NCBI GenBank assembly: GCA_965249135.1
Contig: OZ252220.1
Span: 1,856,001 to 1,920,000 of the forward strand
Origin: Alphaproteobacteria bacterium
GTDB taxonomy: Bacteria > Pseudomonadota > Alphaproteobacteria > GCA-2746255
DNA: 64,000 bases
Direction: 5' to 3'
Shown piece after piece: positions 22,343 through 32,251 of the stretch. The position numbers and the translations under genes were made by a program. Below the pieces are notes generated by a model. It was not told the DNA's origin. It saw only the letters and a program-made list of their open reading frames with translations, and searched no databases. The first letter of the stretch is position 1. Each line of letters opens with the position of its first letter.

Positions 22343-22813
22343 TCATGCTTTTTCCTCGCGGCGATCGGAAAAAAAAGTGGTGAGCAAGGTCTTGCACCGT
22401 TCCCCATCGATCCCGCCATAGACTTCCGGATGGTGATGGCAGGTCGGTTGTTCGAAAATACGGGGCCCGTGGTCGACGCCGCCGCCTTTCGGATCATATG
22501 CGCCAAAGTAAAGCCGACGGATGCGCGCAAAGGCAATCGCGCTTGCACACATCGCGCAGGGTTCGAGGGTCACGTAAAGATCGCAGAAGGAAAGCCGGGC
22601 GTTTCCCTCACGGCGGGCGCCCTCGCGAAGGCACAAGAGCTCCGCATGGGCGGTCGGGTCGATAAGTTCCTCCGTCCGATTGCCAAAGGCCGCCAGCAGC
22701 GTGTTCGTACGGCTGTCGACCAGAACGGCACCGACTGGGACTTCACCCCGTTTTCCAGCGGCCGCCGCCTGCTTCCGCGCCTCGTCGAAGAAAGGCGATA
22801 TTTTTTCCGTCAT
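22343..22813 (-). CDS. tadA: tRNA adenosine(34) deaminase / nucleoside deaminase
   Basis: GEVPVGAV, DPTAHAE, YVTLEPCAMC, GAYDPKGG. Confidence 0.9.
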   Translation of the reverse strand: MTEKISPFFDEARKQAAAAGKRGEVPVGAVLVDSRTNTLLAAFGNRTEELIDPTAHAELLCLREGARREGNARLSFCDLYVTLEPCAMCASAIAFARIRRLYFGAYDPKGGGVDHGPRIFEQPTCHHHPEVYGGIDGERCKTLLTTFFSDRREEKA

Positions 22814-22904
22814 GGGGCGACAGTGGAGAGCGGTCAAGCGGTCGTCAAGTGGTGGACGGGGATGAGTTGCCGCAGGCCCCGCTCACGTCCTACAGTCCTC
22901 TCCC

Positions 22905-23621
22905 ATGAGCTTGCCCATCATCGGCATGATCCTCGATTCGGAAGCTTCGGGGGGGTATTCGAAGCTGCCCTGGTACGCGTTGCGTGAAAACTACGTTCGT
23001 GCGCTTGCGGATCAGGGCGCGGTTCCGTTCCTCCTTCCGCACGAGCTGGCGTTGGCGGACGCCTATCTCGAGCGAATCGACGGGCTGCTTATTCCGGGAG
23101 GCGATTTCGACATTGATCCGGAGCATTTCGGCGTCAGCACTCGCCACGAGACGGTGGTGACGAAGGATCAGCGAACGGCCTTCGAACTCCTCATGACCCG
23201 GGAAGCCCATCGGCGGGACCTGCCGCTGCTTGGTATTTGCGGCGGCCAACAGCTTTTGAATGTCGCCCTTGGTGGCACGCTCATCCAGCACATTCCCGAC
23301 GAAGTGGAAAACGCGCTTGCCCATGAGCAACCGAATCCAAGGAACGAACCCGGTCACGAGGTGGCGGTCGAGGAAGGCACGCTTCTTCATCGCATCACCG
23401 GCGCGCGTCGCCTTTCCGTCAACAGCGCCCATCACCAGGCGGTGCGCGAGGTGCCAGATGGCGTGATCGTAAATGCCAGGGCACCGGACGGGATCATCGA
23501 GGGAATCGAGGATTCGGATCGCCGCTTCTGCCTCGGGGTTCAGTGGCACCCGGAATATCTGGTCAGCGAAGGAGATTCGAAAATCTTTACCGCCTTCGTT
23601 GCCGCCGCCGCGGAACGGTGA
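22905..23621 (+). CDS. Gamma-glutamyl-gamma-aminobutyrate hydrolase family protein (peptidase C26)
   Basis: DGLLIPGG.FDIDP, LGICGGQQ.LNVALGG.L, VNSAHHQAV, GVQWHPE. Confidence 0.92.
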   Translation: MSLPIIGMILDSEASGGYSKLPWYALRENYVRALADQGAVPFLLPHELALADAYLERIDGLLIPGGDFDIDPEHFGVSTRHETVVTKDQRTAFELLMTREAHRRDLPLLGICGGQQLLNVALGGTLIQHIPDEVENALAHEQPNPRNEPGHEVAVEEGTLLHRITGARRLSVNSAHHQAVREVPDGVIVNARAPDGIIEGIEDSDRRFCLGVQWHPEYLVSEGDSKIFTAFVAAAAER

Positions 23622-24370
23622 CGAAGGAAAAAACACCAAGGGTTACTTCCGGCGAACGGCTTGCGAAACGGATCGCCCGGGCCGGCCTTTGTTCACGACG
23701 CGAGGCGGAACGCTGGATCGAAGGGGGACGCGTTCGCATCGATGGCAAGGCCGTCGGGTCACCGGCCGTCAATGTCACGAACCGCCAACGCATCACGGTG
23801 GACGGTAAGGCGCTGCCAGAGGCGGCGCCTGCAAGGCTTTGGCGCTACCACAAGCCGAAGGGGTTGGTGACGACGCACCGGGATCCCCAGGGGCGTCCAA
23901 CTGTCTTTGGGCATCTGCCGTCCGCGCTGCCCCGGGTCGTCTCGGTGGGAAGGCTCGATCTCAACTCCGAGGGCCTTTTGTTGCTGACCAACGATGGCGA
24001 GCTTGCCCGCCGTCTCGAGCGGCCCTCGAATGGCTGGCTGCGGCATTACCGGGTCAGGGCCTTCGGCAAGGCCGCCCCGGCGCTCCTCGATCGATTGGCC
24101 AAGGGGATAACGGTGAACGGCACGCGCTATGGACCGATCCAGGCAATGGTTGAGAGGAAACAAGGGGCGAATGTCTGGCTTTCCGTCTCGCTCGCCGAGG
24201 GAAAAAACCGTGAGGTACGAAAGGCCCTCGAGCATCTCGGGCTGAAGGTGAACCGCCTGATCCGCGTGGCCTATGGACCCTTCCAGCTTGGTCGTCTACC
24301 CAGGGGGGACGTGCGGGAGGTTTCAAGAAGGATCATTGCCGAGGTGTTGGGCAAAGGGAAGAAGGCTTAA
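23618..24370 (+). CDS. rluB: rRNA pseudouridine synthase, RluB/RsuA family with S4 domain
   Basis: ERLAKRIARAGLCSRREAE, YHKPKG, VGRLDLNSEGLLLLTNDG, EGKNREVR; GTG start overlaps upstream stop. Confidence 0.88.
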   Translation: MTKEKTPRVTSGERLAKRIARAGLCSRREAERWIEGGRVRIDGKAVGSPAVNVTNRQRITVDGKALPEAAPARLWRYHKPKGLVTTHRDPQGRPTVFGHLPSALPRVVSVGRLDLNSEGLLLLTNDGELARRLERPSNGWLRHYRVRAFGKAAPALLDRLAKGITVNGTRYGPIQAMVERKQGANVWLSVSLAEGKNREVRKALEHLGLKVNRLIRVAYGPFQLGRLPRGDVREVSRRIIAEVLGKGKKA

Positions 24371-24377
24371 ATCCGGC

Positions 24378-24953
24378 ATGCTTCGAATCGTTGCGGGCAA
24401 GCATCGTGGACGGCGATTGAAACCACCACGGGATCGTCGCACCCGGCCGACGGCGGAACGGGTCCGGGAAGCGGTCTTCGACGTGCTTGCCCACGGCGTA
24501 CCCGAAACACGCTCCGCCCCGCTTCCAAAAGGTGCGCGCGTTCTCGATCTCTTCGCCGGGAGCGGGGCGCTGGGCTTCGAATCCCTTTCCAGGGGGGCGG
24601 CGTTTGTCACCTTTCTGGAGACGGATCCGGCCGCCCTCTCGCTGCTTCGGGAAAACGCCGAAGCCTTGGACGAGGAAGCAAGGGTTAAGCTCGTGCCAAG
24701 GGACGCGGCCCGGCTTGGCCCGGCCGGAGAGGCGGTTGGGCTCGTCTTCCTCGATCCTCCCTATGGCCGGGACCTCAGCGGGCCGACCCTGGCCGCCCTT
24801 CGCGAGGGGGGCTGGCTCGAGGCGAAGGCGGTCATCGTCGTCGAAGTGGGGGTGAAGGAAACACTTTTTCCGCCGGAAGGTTTCCGCGCCTTCGATGAGC
24901 GCCGCTATGGAGCGGCGAAGGTGGTTTTTCTGATTTACGAGGAAACGGTTTAA
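24378..24953 (+). CDS. rsmD: 16S rRNA m2G966 methyltransferase
   Basis: MLRIVAGKHRGR, RPT..RVREA.F, VLDLFAGSGALGFESLSRGA, FLDPPY, RRYG. Confidence 0.95.
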   Translation: MLRIVAGKHRGRRLKPPRDRRTRPTAERVREAVFDVLAHGVPETRSAPLPKGARVLDLFAGSGALGFESLSRGAAFVTFLETDPAALSLLRENAEALDEEARVKLVPRDAARLGPAGEAVGLVFLDPPYGRDLSGPTLAALREGGWLEAKAVIVVEVGVKETLFPPEGFRAFDERRYGAAKVVFLIYEETV

Positions 24954-24959
24954 GCGACG

Positions 24960-25256
24960 TCAGGCGCCGTACTGGTCCGTGTCATCGAATTCTTTTTCCG
25001 GCACGTCGGCCTCCTCGTGGCTTGGGCCCGCGGAGGGTTCTCCTTCCTTCCGGAGATAGGCCTTCAGATAGGGAAGCCACCAGGGCAGGGTGGCGATGCC
25101 GATCAGAAGCAGCGTCGTCGTGCGAATATCGAGGACCAGGAGATCGATGACGAGCAGGGCGATCGCGGCAAGGGCTACGAGCTCAAGCGGCGTGCGCGCC
25201 TTCAGAAAGTCCTGGATGGCTTCCTGATACCGGTTGCCGGGTTGTTCCGTTTCCAT
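24960..25256 (-). CDS. Small hypothetical membrane protein (two hydrophobic segments, acidic tail)
   Basis: ATG 10 nt downstream of mutL stop; hydrophobic core LVALAAIALLVIDLLVL and LLLIGIATLPWWL. Confidence 0.6.
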   Translation of the reverse strand: METEQPGNRYQEAIQDFLKARTPLELVALAAIALLVIDLLVLDIRTTTLLLIGIATLPWWLPYLKAYLRKEGEPSAGPSHEEADVPEKEFDDTDQYGA

Positions 25257-25266
25257 GTTTCGATTC

Positions 25267-27048
25267 TTAACGCCCTCCGAACAGGCGCTCAATATCTTGA
25301 AGTTTAAGCTCTACGTAAGTGGGGCGGCCATGGCCACACTGGCCGGCATGGGGCGCTTTTTCCATCTGACGGAGCAGCGCGTTCATCTCGTCCGCCGTAA
25401 GCCGGTGCCCCGCCCGCACGCTTCCATGGCAGGCCATCGTGGCTGCGACATGGTTTAGGCGATCTCGAAGGTTCGCGCCGTCATCGAATTCTTCGAAATC
25501 GTCCGCAAGGTCCTGGATCAGGCCTTGTGGGTTCACCTCACCAAGGACCGCGGGCACCTCGCGGACGGCCACCGCGCCTGGTCCGAAGGATTCGACGATC
25601 AGCCCAAGCTCGGCCAATTCCTCCGCCCGCTCAAGGATGCGCGCGGCTTTTCCTTCCGTCATTTCCACGACCTCGGGGATGAGGAGTATCTGGCGTCCGA
25701 CGTTCTTGGCGTGCAGGCCCTCCAACATTCGCTCGAGCACGATCCGCTCGTGGGCGGCGTGCTGGTCGACGACGACGATGCCGTCTTCGGTCCGGGCGAC
25801 GATGTAGGTCTCGTGCAACTGGGCACGGGCCGCGCCCAGGGGATGGGCCATCGCCGCATCCGCCGCGGCCGATTCGCTTCCCGCTTCCGGCGGCGCGTGC
25901 GGGACGTCCGTACCGGGCAGGCGGGGACGGTAGGCAGGCGCGCGCTCGTGAAGGGCGAAGGCCAGGGCCTTGCCCTCCGCCATGGCGGCCGCAGGTTCGG
26001 GCAGAAAGGCGCCAAGGGCGGCCTGACCAACGGTGGAAGCGGCCCGATGCCCCGCCTCATGCAGCGTGTGGCGAAGGGCGCCAACGAGAAGCCCGCGGAC
26101 GAGGCCTGCATCCCGGAAGCGCACTTCCGTTTTCGTTGGATGGACGTTCACATCGACGCGCTCTGGCGAGATTTCAAGAAAAAGGGCCAGCACCGGGTGG
26201 CGGTCGCGGGCAAGCAGGTCTTGGTAGGCTGCCCGCACGGCGCCGTGGAAGAGCGGGTCGCGCACCGGCCTTCCGTTGACGTAGAAATACTGCATCCTGG
26301 CATTGGCCCGGTTGAGCGTTGGCAGCCCGATATGGCCGGTGAGCGTGATCCCTTCCCGCGTGGCATGGATCGGCAACGCGTTCTCGGCGAAGTCACGGCC
26401 CAGAATCTGCGCCAGCCGGCCGACCCTTGCGTCGAACACTTCGCCAGGGGTGGCGTGAAACTGGAGCACGCTGCGTTTTTCATCGGAAAACTGAAAGGCG
26501 ATCTCGGGATGGGCTATCGTCAGTCTTCGAATGATGTCGACGGCATGATGAAGTTCTGTCTGCGGCGTTTTCAGGAATTTGAGCCGGGCAGGCGTTGCGT
26601 AGAAAAGATCACGCAGTTCGACGCGCGTTCCGAGCGGATGGGCGGCGGGCATCACCTCGCTTTTCTTCCCGCCCTCGACGCAAATACGCGATGCACTGGG
26701 CGCTTCCTGTGTTCGGCTGGTGATGGCCAATCTTCCGGCGGCACCGATGGAAGGCAGGGCCTCGCCTCGGAAACCTAGGGTCTCGATGTTCTGAAGATTG
26801 TCATCGGCAAGCTTCGAGGTTGCGTGCCGTTCGATGGAAAGGGCGAGTTCTTCTTCCGTCATGCCGGACCCGTCGGCCGTTACGGCAATGAGGTTGCGCC
26901 CGCCATTCGTAAGCACGACCTCGATCCGCCTAGTGCCGGCATCGATCGCGTTTTCGACCAGTTCCTTCACGACGGATGCCGGCCGTTCGATCACCTCGCC
27001 GGCGGCGATCCGGTTGACGATGGTTTCCGGAAGCAAGCGGATCGTCAT
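25267..27048 (-). CDS. mutL: DNA mismatch repair endonuclease MutL (Asp58 replaced by Ala)
   Basis: IAAGEVIERPASVVKELVEN, RHATSK, LGFRGEAL, DVNVHPTK.EVRF, DQHAAHERIVLE, ACHG, CGHGRP. Confidence 0.97.
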   Translation of the reverse strand: MTIRLLPETIVNRIAAGEVIERPASVVKELVENAIDAGTRRIEVVLTNGGRNLIAVTADGSGMTEEELALSIERHATSKLADDNLQNIETLGFRGEALPSIGAAGRLAITSRTQEAPSASRICVEGGKKSEVMPAAHPLGTRVELRDLFYATPARLKFLKTPQTELHHAVDIIRRLTIAHPEIAFQFSDEKRSVLQFHATPGEVFDARVGRLAQILGRDFAENALPIHATREGITLTGHIGLPTLNRANARMQYFYVNGRPVRDPLFHGAVRAAYQDLLARDRHPVLALFLEISPERVDVNVHPTKTEVRFRDAGLVRGLLVGALRHTLHEAGHRAASTVGQAALGAFLPEPAAAMAEGKALAFALHERAPAYRPRLPGTDVPHAPPEAGSESAAADAAMAHPLGAARAQLHETYIVARTEDGIVVVDQHAAHERIVLERMLEGLHAKNVGRQILLIPEVVEMTEGKAARILERAEELAELGLIVESFGPGAVAVREVPAVLGEVNPQGLIQDLADDFEEFDDGANLRDRLNHVAATMACHGSVRAGHRLTADEMNALLRQMEKAPHAGQCGHGRPTYVELKLQDIERLFGGR

Positions 27049-28334
27049 GGGGTCATCCTCGACAGGTATTCGCGTGCAAGCCGTTTTCCTTCCTCGACGG
27101 CCGGCTGGGTAAAGGCGTCGACGCCAAGTAGATCGGCGGCGAGGATCGTTTCCAACATAAAATGCATGAAAAGAGCGCCGAGAACCTCTTCATCGGCCGA
27201 GGCCACGCGGAAGGTGCGCACCGGACAACCGTGCCGGCCTAAGGTTTCGGCAGTGGCCTGGCCTTCCGCCTCCAGAAGGTCTCCCATCTTGCGATCGGCC
27301 AGCCAGTCAAGGGCCGGGTCGTCGGCAAGGTCCTTCGGCACCCTTGGCCCCTTGCCCTGGCTTTCCCCGAATAGGAGCGTGAAGAACTTGTCCTTTGGCC
27401 CATCGAGGTAAAGCTGAAGCTGGCTGTGTTGATCGACGGTGCCAAGGGCCTGGATCGGGGTCGTGCCATGCCCACCCTTGCCCAGGCTTTCCGCCCATAG
27501 TTGCCGGTACCAACGGCTCAAGCCGGCCAACCGGTCGAGATAGGGCATGAAGACGGCCTTGCGGATATCTTTCGTTTCGCTAAGGGCGACATGCAGCGCA
27601 GCCCCGACGGCGGCTTCCGACTCGGAAGGGTGTTTGGCAAGGAGCGTGCTTTCGAGAACGGCGGCCGCCCCTTGCCGAACGGCATGCGCGTCGAGACCGG
27701 CGATCATGGCAGGCAGAAGTCCCACGAGCGAAAGCACGGAAAAGCGACCGCCAATCTCCGGGTCATGATCGAGACAAGGGATTGTCCAGCGTTCGCCCAA
27801 GCGGCGAAGCGCGTTGTCGCTGGGTTCGGTGATGATCGTGAACTGCTCTTGGATGGCTGCGTCGTCCAGATTCGTGCGAATCCAATCGAGAGCGGCCAGA
27901 AACTGGGTGAGAGTCTCTGCCGTGCCTCCGGACTTCGAAATGACCAGGAATCCGGTTTTCTTCGGGGGTGCGGTGGCGAAGAGATCCTCGAAGGTTTGCG
28001 GATCCACGTTGTCAAGAAAGCGCAAGGTTGGTGAGCCTGTCTTTCCCCGAAGGGCGGTCAGGGTCTGGGCGCCAAGGCTCGATCCACCGGTTCCAAGGAT
28101 GACGACTTGTTCGAACCGTTCCCGGTAACGCGTGGCGATCGGCGCGAGTTCGGCCAAATCGTCACGGGCTTGAGGCAAGGTGAGAAGCGGCAGGCTGCCT
28201 TCGGCGTGCTGCTTGCGAAGACCCGCAATCCCCCGGGCCGTCTTCGCGAGCGCCTTTTCGAACGCCGCCTTGCGAAGCCCGCCTTCGCCAATTGCAGCGT
28301 CGAAGCAGGTTTCGATGGTTTGCTGGTAGGACAT
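27045..28334 (-). CDS. pgi: Glucose-6-phosphate isomerase (short type)
   Basis: GTGGSSLG, ISKSGGTAET, IGGRFSVLS, QLWAESLGK, GTVDQHSQLQLY, QPAVEEGK. Confidence 0.93.
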   Translation of the reverse strand: MSYQQTIETCFDAAIGEGGLRKAAFEKALAKTARGIAGLRKQHAEGSLPLLTLPQARDDLAELAPIATRYRERFEQVVILGTGGSSLGAQTLTALRGKTGSPTLRFLDNVDPQTFEDLFATAPPKKTGFLVISKSGGTAETLTQFLAALDWIRTNLDDAAIQEQFTIITEPSDNALRRLGERWTIPCLDHDPEIGGRFSVLSLVGLLPAMIAGLDAHAVRQGAAAVLESTLLAKHPSESEAAVGAALHVALSETKDIRKAVFMPYLDRLAGLSRWYRQLWAESLGKGGHGTTPIQALGTVDQHSQLQLYLDGPKDKFFTLLFGESQGKGPRVPKDLADDPALDWLADRKMGDLLEAEGQATAETLGRHGCPVRTFRVASADEEVLGALFMHFMLETILAADLLGVDAFTQPAVEEGKRLAREYLSRMTP

Positions 28335-28413
28335 CCTTTGGAAATACCCGAGACAGGCGTTCGTTCAAGTCAGATTAACAGAAGCCCGCCAAGCGGAACA
28401 GGGGCCACCCCGA

Positions 28414-29769
28414 CTAGTCAACCGGTGGTGTCGCGGCAAGGCCTTCGGGTTGTCCAACGACAACGACGCCAAGCAACTCAGGTTTAAGCAGCCGTTTTGC
28501 CACGCGTGCAATGTCCGCCACCGTGGTGGCTTCGATGTATTCGTTGCGGCGATCAATGTAATCGATACCAAGATCGTTCAGCTGGATGGCAACGAGGACG
28601 CCAGCGATTCGGTTCGTACTATCCAGCGTGAGAGGGAAGGCACCCGTAAGATAGGTTTTCGCGTCCCGAAGCTCCTCTTCGGTAACGCGTTCTTCCGACA
28701 GGCGTTTCCATTCGGCCCGAACGAGCTTCAGGGATTCCCCAACCCGGTCGTTCCGTGTCGCGACTTGGCCCACCAATAAGCCTGCTTGGTCAAGAGGATA
28801 GAGATAACTATAGACGGAATAGGCAAGGCCACGTTCTTCCCGGATCTTTTTCGACAATCGCGAATTGAGCCCGCCACCGCCAAGCAGGTAGTTCATTACA
28901 TAGGCTGCGTAATAATCCGGATCGTTCCGTTTTACGCCGGCCTGTCCAAAGACGACGATGCTTTGAGGGATTGGCTTTTCGATCACGACCACTTTGCCCT
29001 TCCCCTTTACCTCCGCCTTCTCAAGGGAGAAGGCCTTGGGCTGCCGTTTCGGAAGTGCGCCGAAGGCGTGGTCGAGGAGGGAGGCAAGCTCATCGGATGT
29101 AATATCCCCGGAAACTCCGATAACCAATTTCTCGCGCACAAGATTTTGATCGACAAAGCCTTGCAGGCCTTTTGTGGTAATCGCCTTCACGCTTTCTTCC
29201 GTGCCGCGCCGCGGTTGCCCATAGGTGTGATCCGGAAACACGGTGCTGAGCCAGGTACGTTGAGCGATGGCGTCCGGATCGTCAGCCCGATGGGCAAGGG
29301 TCGTCAGAACCTGATTGCGGATTCGCTCGACGGCCTCCGAATCAAAGCGTGGCTCCGAAAGCGCTAGGCGAAGCAAAGCGAAGGCTTTCTCATGGTTTTT
29401 TCGAAGCGTCTTCAGACTTCCGGTAAAAGCGTCCCGGCCGGCATCGAAACTTAACGAAATCACATCCTCTTCAAGCGCCTGCCGAAAGGCTTGCGAGTCG
29501 AGATCACCTGCTCCTTCGTCGAGAAGGCCGGAGGCGAGATAGGCGAGCCCTTCCTTTCCTTTCGGATCCATCGCACTGCCGCTTTCCCGAAAGGCGATCT
29601 CGACCGAGAGAACGGGAACGGAAGTGTTGCGTGCGAGCCAGGCTTCAATTCCACTGGCACTCACGACGCGCTCAATGGTAAGCGCCGAGGCCGCCGTCGG
29701 AAACAGCAAGATGCAAGTGAAGAAGAGCGTGCGACAGATTGCCGGCAACAAAAAACCTTTCGAGCTCAT
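28414..29769 (-). CDS. M16 family peptidase, non-catalytic subunit
   Basis: Signal peptide, GIEAWL, LLDEGAG, LGGGG..SRL...IREERGLAYS; lacks HxxEH. Confidence 0.9.
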   Translation of the reverse strand: MSSKGFLLPAICRTLFFTCILLFPTAASALTIERVVSASGIEAWLARNTSVPVLSVEIAFRESGSAMDPKGKEGLAYLASGLLDEGAGDLDSQAFRQALEEDVISLSFDAGRDAFTGSLKTLRKNHEKAFALLRLALSEPRFDSEAVERIRNQVLTTLAHRADDPDAIAQRTWLSTVFPDHTYGQPRRGTEESVKAITTKGLQGFVDQNLVREKLVIGVSGDITSDELASLLDHAFGALPKRQPKAFSLEKAEVKGKGKVVVIEKPIPQSIVVFGQAGVKRNDPDYYAAYVMNYLLGGGGLNSRLSKKIREERGLAYSVYSYLYPLDQAGLLVGQVATRNDRVGESLKLVRAEWKRLSEERVTEEELRDAKTYLTGAFPLTLDSTNRIAGVLVAIQLNDLGIDYIDRRNEYIEATTVADIARVAKRLLKPELLGVVVVGQPEGLAATPPVD

Positions 29770-31169
29770 GAAGCTGACCCGCTTTCCCTTGCAGCCGCTT
29801 CCTCGGGAAGAAGGTGGCCGGTTACCGAACGCTCGATGCGCAGGACTCTTTTTGCCGCCGCGTGGACGTCCTTCGCCGTGATCGCTCCGATGCGTTCCGG
29901 CCATTGCTCGACGTCTTCGATCTTATGGCCCGCGGCAAGGGCGGCACCAATCGTCTGAGCACCCGTATCCAGGCTGTCGCGGGCATAGGTAGCTGCTGCT
30001 TGTAGCCGGTTAATCGCGTGGGTCACTTCCGCTTCCTCCACCCCCTTTTCCACCAGCTTTTCGAGTTCGGCATCCACCGCGGCCTCGATCGCCTCGATGC
30101 CGACGTTCGGCGTCGGTATCGCATAGATCGAAAACGTCGCTGGCCCGCGCGCCAGGGGGTCGTAATAGGTGCTCACACCGGCGGCGAGTTTTTGCCTTAC
30201 AACCAGCTCCCGATATAGCCGGCTGGTCCCGCCGCTGCCCAGGATCGCCGCCAGTACTTCCAGGGCCTGGGCCTCCCTTGCCTCGGCCGTTCGCTGGTTT
30301 GGCGCTTCATAGCGGCGGAGGAAGGAAGGTTGGCGCACCTCCGTCGAACGCACCGTGGCCCGACGCGCCGCCTTTTCATACGGCTCTTCAAGGACGTGGT
30401 TCGCGTTCACCTTGCGAGGTGGAATGGGCCCGTAAATTTTCTCCGATAGGAGACGCAGTTTTTCCACCGTCACGTCGCCTGCGACCACCAGTATCGCGTT
30501 GTTCGGTGCATAGTAGCGGCGGTAGAAAGCGAGCGCGTCCTCCGTCGTCAGGGCTCCAACTTCGTGCGCCCACCCGATAATCGGTTTTCGGTAGGGATGA
30601 TTGAGGTAAAGCATTGCGCTCACTTCAAGGGAAAGCAAGGCAGCTGGGTCGTTCTCGAAACGCATCCGGCGTTCCTCCAGAACCACGTCGCGTTCCGGGA
30701 GCACGTTTGAATCGTCAAGAATTAGATTTTGCATCCGATCCGCTTCCATCTGCATGACGAGTTCGAGACGGTTGCTTGCGATGGTTTGGTGATAGGCAGT
30801 GAAGTCTTGGGAAGTAAAGGCGTTATCGGTTCCACCCTGGCGGGCGATGATTTTCGAGAAGTCGCCAGGGGCGATCTTCTTCGTTCCCTTGAACATCAGA
30901 TGCTCGAGAAAATGGGCAAGGCCGGATTTTCCCGGCGCTTCATCCATCGCCCCCACCTTGTACCAGACCATATGCGTGACGGCAGAGATTCGCGGATTCG
31001 AAATGACTACGACGCGAAGGCCGTTTTCAAGTGTGAAGGTTTCCGGATTGAAAACACCGGCAGTTGCAGATACGGAAGAAAGTAGAAAAGAAAAGATTGT
31101 GAGGACACCGACAAGGCGTGAAGTCCAACGGGAGAGAGGTGGACGCGCCGTGCCTAACCTGTAAAACAT
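29766..31169 (-). CDS. M16 family zinc peptidase, catalytic subunit
   Basis: FTLENGL, WYKVG..DE..GKSGLAHFLEHLMFKGT, NAFTS.D.T.Y, ERDVVLEERR. Confidence 0.93.
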   Translation of the reverse strand: MFYRLGTARPPLSRWTSRLVGVLTIFSFLLSSVSATAGVFNPETFTLENGLRVVVISNPRISAVTHMVWYKVGAMDEAPGKSGLAHFLEHLMFKGTKKIAPGDFSKIIARQGGTDNAFTSQDFTAYHQTIASNRLELVMQMEADRMQNLILDDSNVLPERDVVLEERRMRFENDPAALLSLEVSAMLYLNHPYRKPIIGWAHEVGALTTEDALAFYRRYYAPNNAILVVAGDVTVEKLRLLSEKIYGPIPPRKVNANHVLEEPYEKAARRATVRSTEVRQPSFLRRYEAPNQRTAEAREAQALEVLAAILGSGGTSRLYRELVVRQKLAAGVSTYYDPLARGPATFSIYAIPTPNVGIEAIEAAVDAELEKLVEKGVEEAEVTHAINRLQAAATYARDSLDTGAQTIGAALAAGHKIEDVEQWPERIGAITAKDVHAAAKRVLRIERSVTGHLLPEEAAARESGSAS

Positions 31170-31190
31170 CGAATCGGTGAAGGGTCCCGC

Positions 31191-31775
31191 TTACTCATAT
31201 CCGAAGGTCTGATCGTCTTCTTCGGTGCCTGTGCCAGGAGCGGAAGGAACGGGCTGACCATAGATTCGCCGGTATTCCTCGATCGGGTCGAGGGTTTCGT
31301 CGCTCGGTTTTTCCTGTTCATTCATGAAGAGCAGCTGCTCAGTAAGCGAGCGATCCTCTTCGGCAACGATCGTCCCTTCGGCATTCAGAATGCGGCGGAT
31401 ATCCGGATTTGCCTGGACGGTACTCGAGCGACCCAACAAAGCCCGCTCGCCGATCGTACGGTTCGCGACGCTGGTTCCGTCTTCGCGGGAAAGGTTCGGA
31501 TTCTCGATGCCGAAGACGGCTTGGCGAGCGCGCTCGTTCGGCTCGGTCGTATTCGGCCGCGCGGCGCCGGGCTTCGGCGGCCTGAGGCCATAGTCCGGAG
31601 GCATGCTTAAGGGCGGCTGGTTGACGACCTGGAATTCGTCCGGCGGCCTGCTTTTCGTGCCGTAGATGAGGTCATCGGCGAGCTGGCAGCCGGTTATCAC
31701 CGGTGCGAGGCCGAGAAGAAGGACCGATAAGAAGGCGCGAGTGCGTAGCACGGTAACTCTCTCTCGTCGTTCCAC
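31191..31775 (-). CDS. DUF3035 lipoprotein
   Basis: Lipobox ITGC, PPDEFQVV..PPL.MPPDY.LRPP.PGA.RP; lies between lspA and M16 genes. Confidence 0.85.
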   Translation of the reverse strand: MERRERVTVLRTRAFLSVLLLGLAPVITGCQLADDLIYGTKSRPPDEFQVVNQPPLSMPPDYGLRPPKPGAARPNTTEPNERARQAVFGIENPNLSREDGTSVANRTIGERALLGRSSTVQANPDIRRILNAEGTIVAEEDRSLTEQLLFMNEQEKPSDETLDPIEEYRRIYGQPVPSAPGTGTEEDDQTFGYE

Positions 31776-31777
31776 CC

Positions 31778-32251
31778 TTATTTAGGCAATTCTCGGCGCT
31801 CCAACAAGGCATCGATGAGGATCATCCCCACTCCAACGGTAATCGCCGTATCCGCCAGGTTGAAAGCTGGCCAATGGGCGCCGAAGGCATGGAAATCCAG
31901 GAAATCGAAGACGGCCCCATGGCGCAGCCGGTCGACGCCGTTGCCAAGCGCACCACCGATAATGAGCCCGATTCCCCAGCAAATCCAAGGTCTTCCCGTG
32001 CGACCAAGCCAAATCATGAGGACGAAGGCCACGCTGAAGGCAAGGAGGACGAGCAATAACGGGGAAAGGGCTTCTTCGCCGCCTAAGATTCCGAAACTGA
32101 TCCCCCGGTTCCAGACGCGGACGAGGTTAAGGAAAGGGGTGGGAGAAAGCATCGCGTCCGACCCCGTGAGCACGTAATTCAACACCCACCACTTGGTCGC
32201 CTGATCGAAGACCAGAAGGGTGGTGGCGATCCAAAGCCCAAGACGTATCAT
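31778..32251 (-). CDS. lspA: Lipoprotein signal peptidase II
   Basis: DQATKW, WNRGISFG, IIGGALGN.VDR, GAVFDF, WPAFNLAD. Confidence 0.96.
   Translation of the reverse strand: MIRLGLWIATTLLVFDQATKWWVLNYVLTGSDAMLSPTPFLNLVRVWNRGISFGILGGEEALSPLLLVLLAFSVAFVLMIWLGRTGRPWICWGIGLIIGGALGNGVDRLRHGAVFDFLDFHAFGAHWPAFNLADTAITVGVGMILIDALLERRELPK

Noticed and set aside
22320-22352. NsrR or FNR-type site upstream of the globins
   Set aside because: AT-rich with partial symmetry, but no convincing match to GATG-N11-CATC or TTGAT-N4-ATCAA.
22343-22813. TadA as the dedicated editor of the Rieske stops
   Set aside because: It is an ordinary housekeeping tadA 15 kb away, and neither stop lies in the UACG context that TadA prefers.
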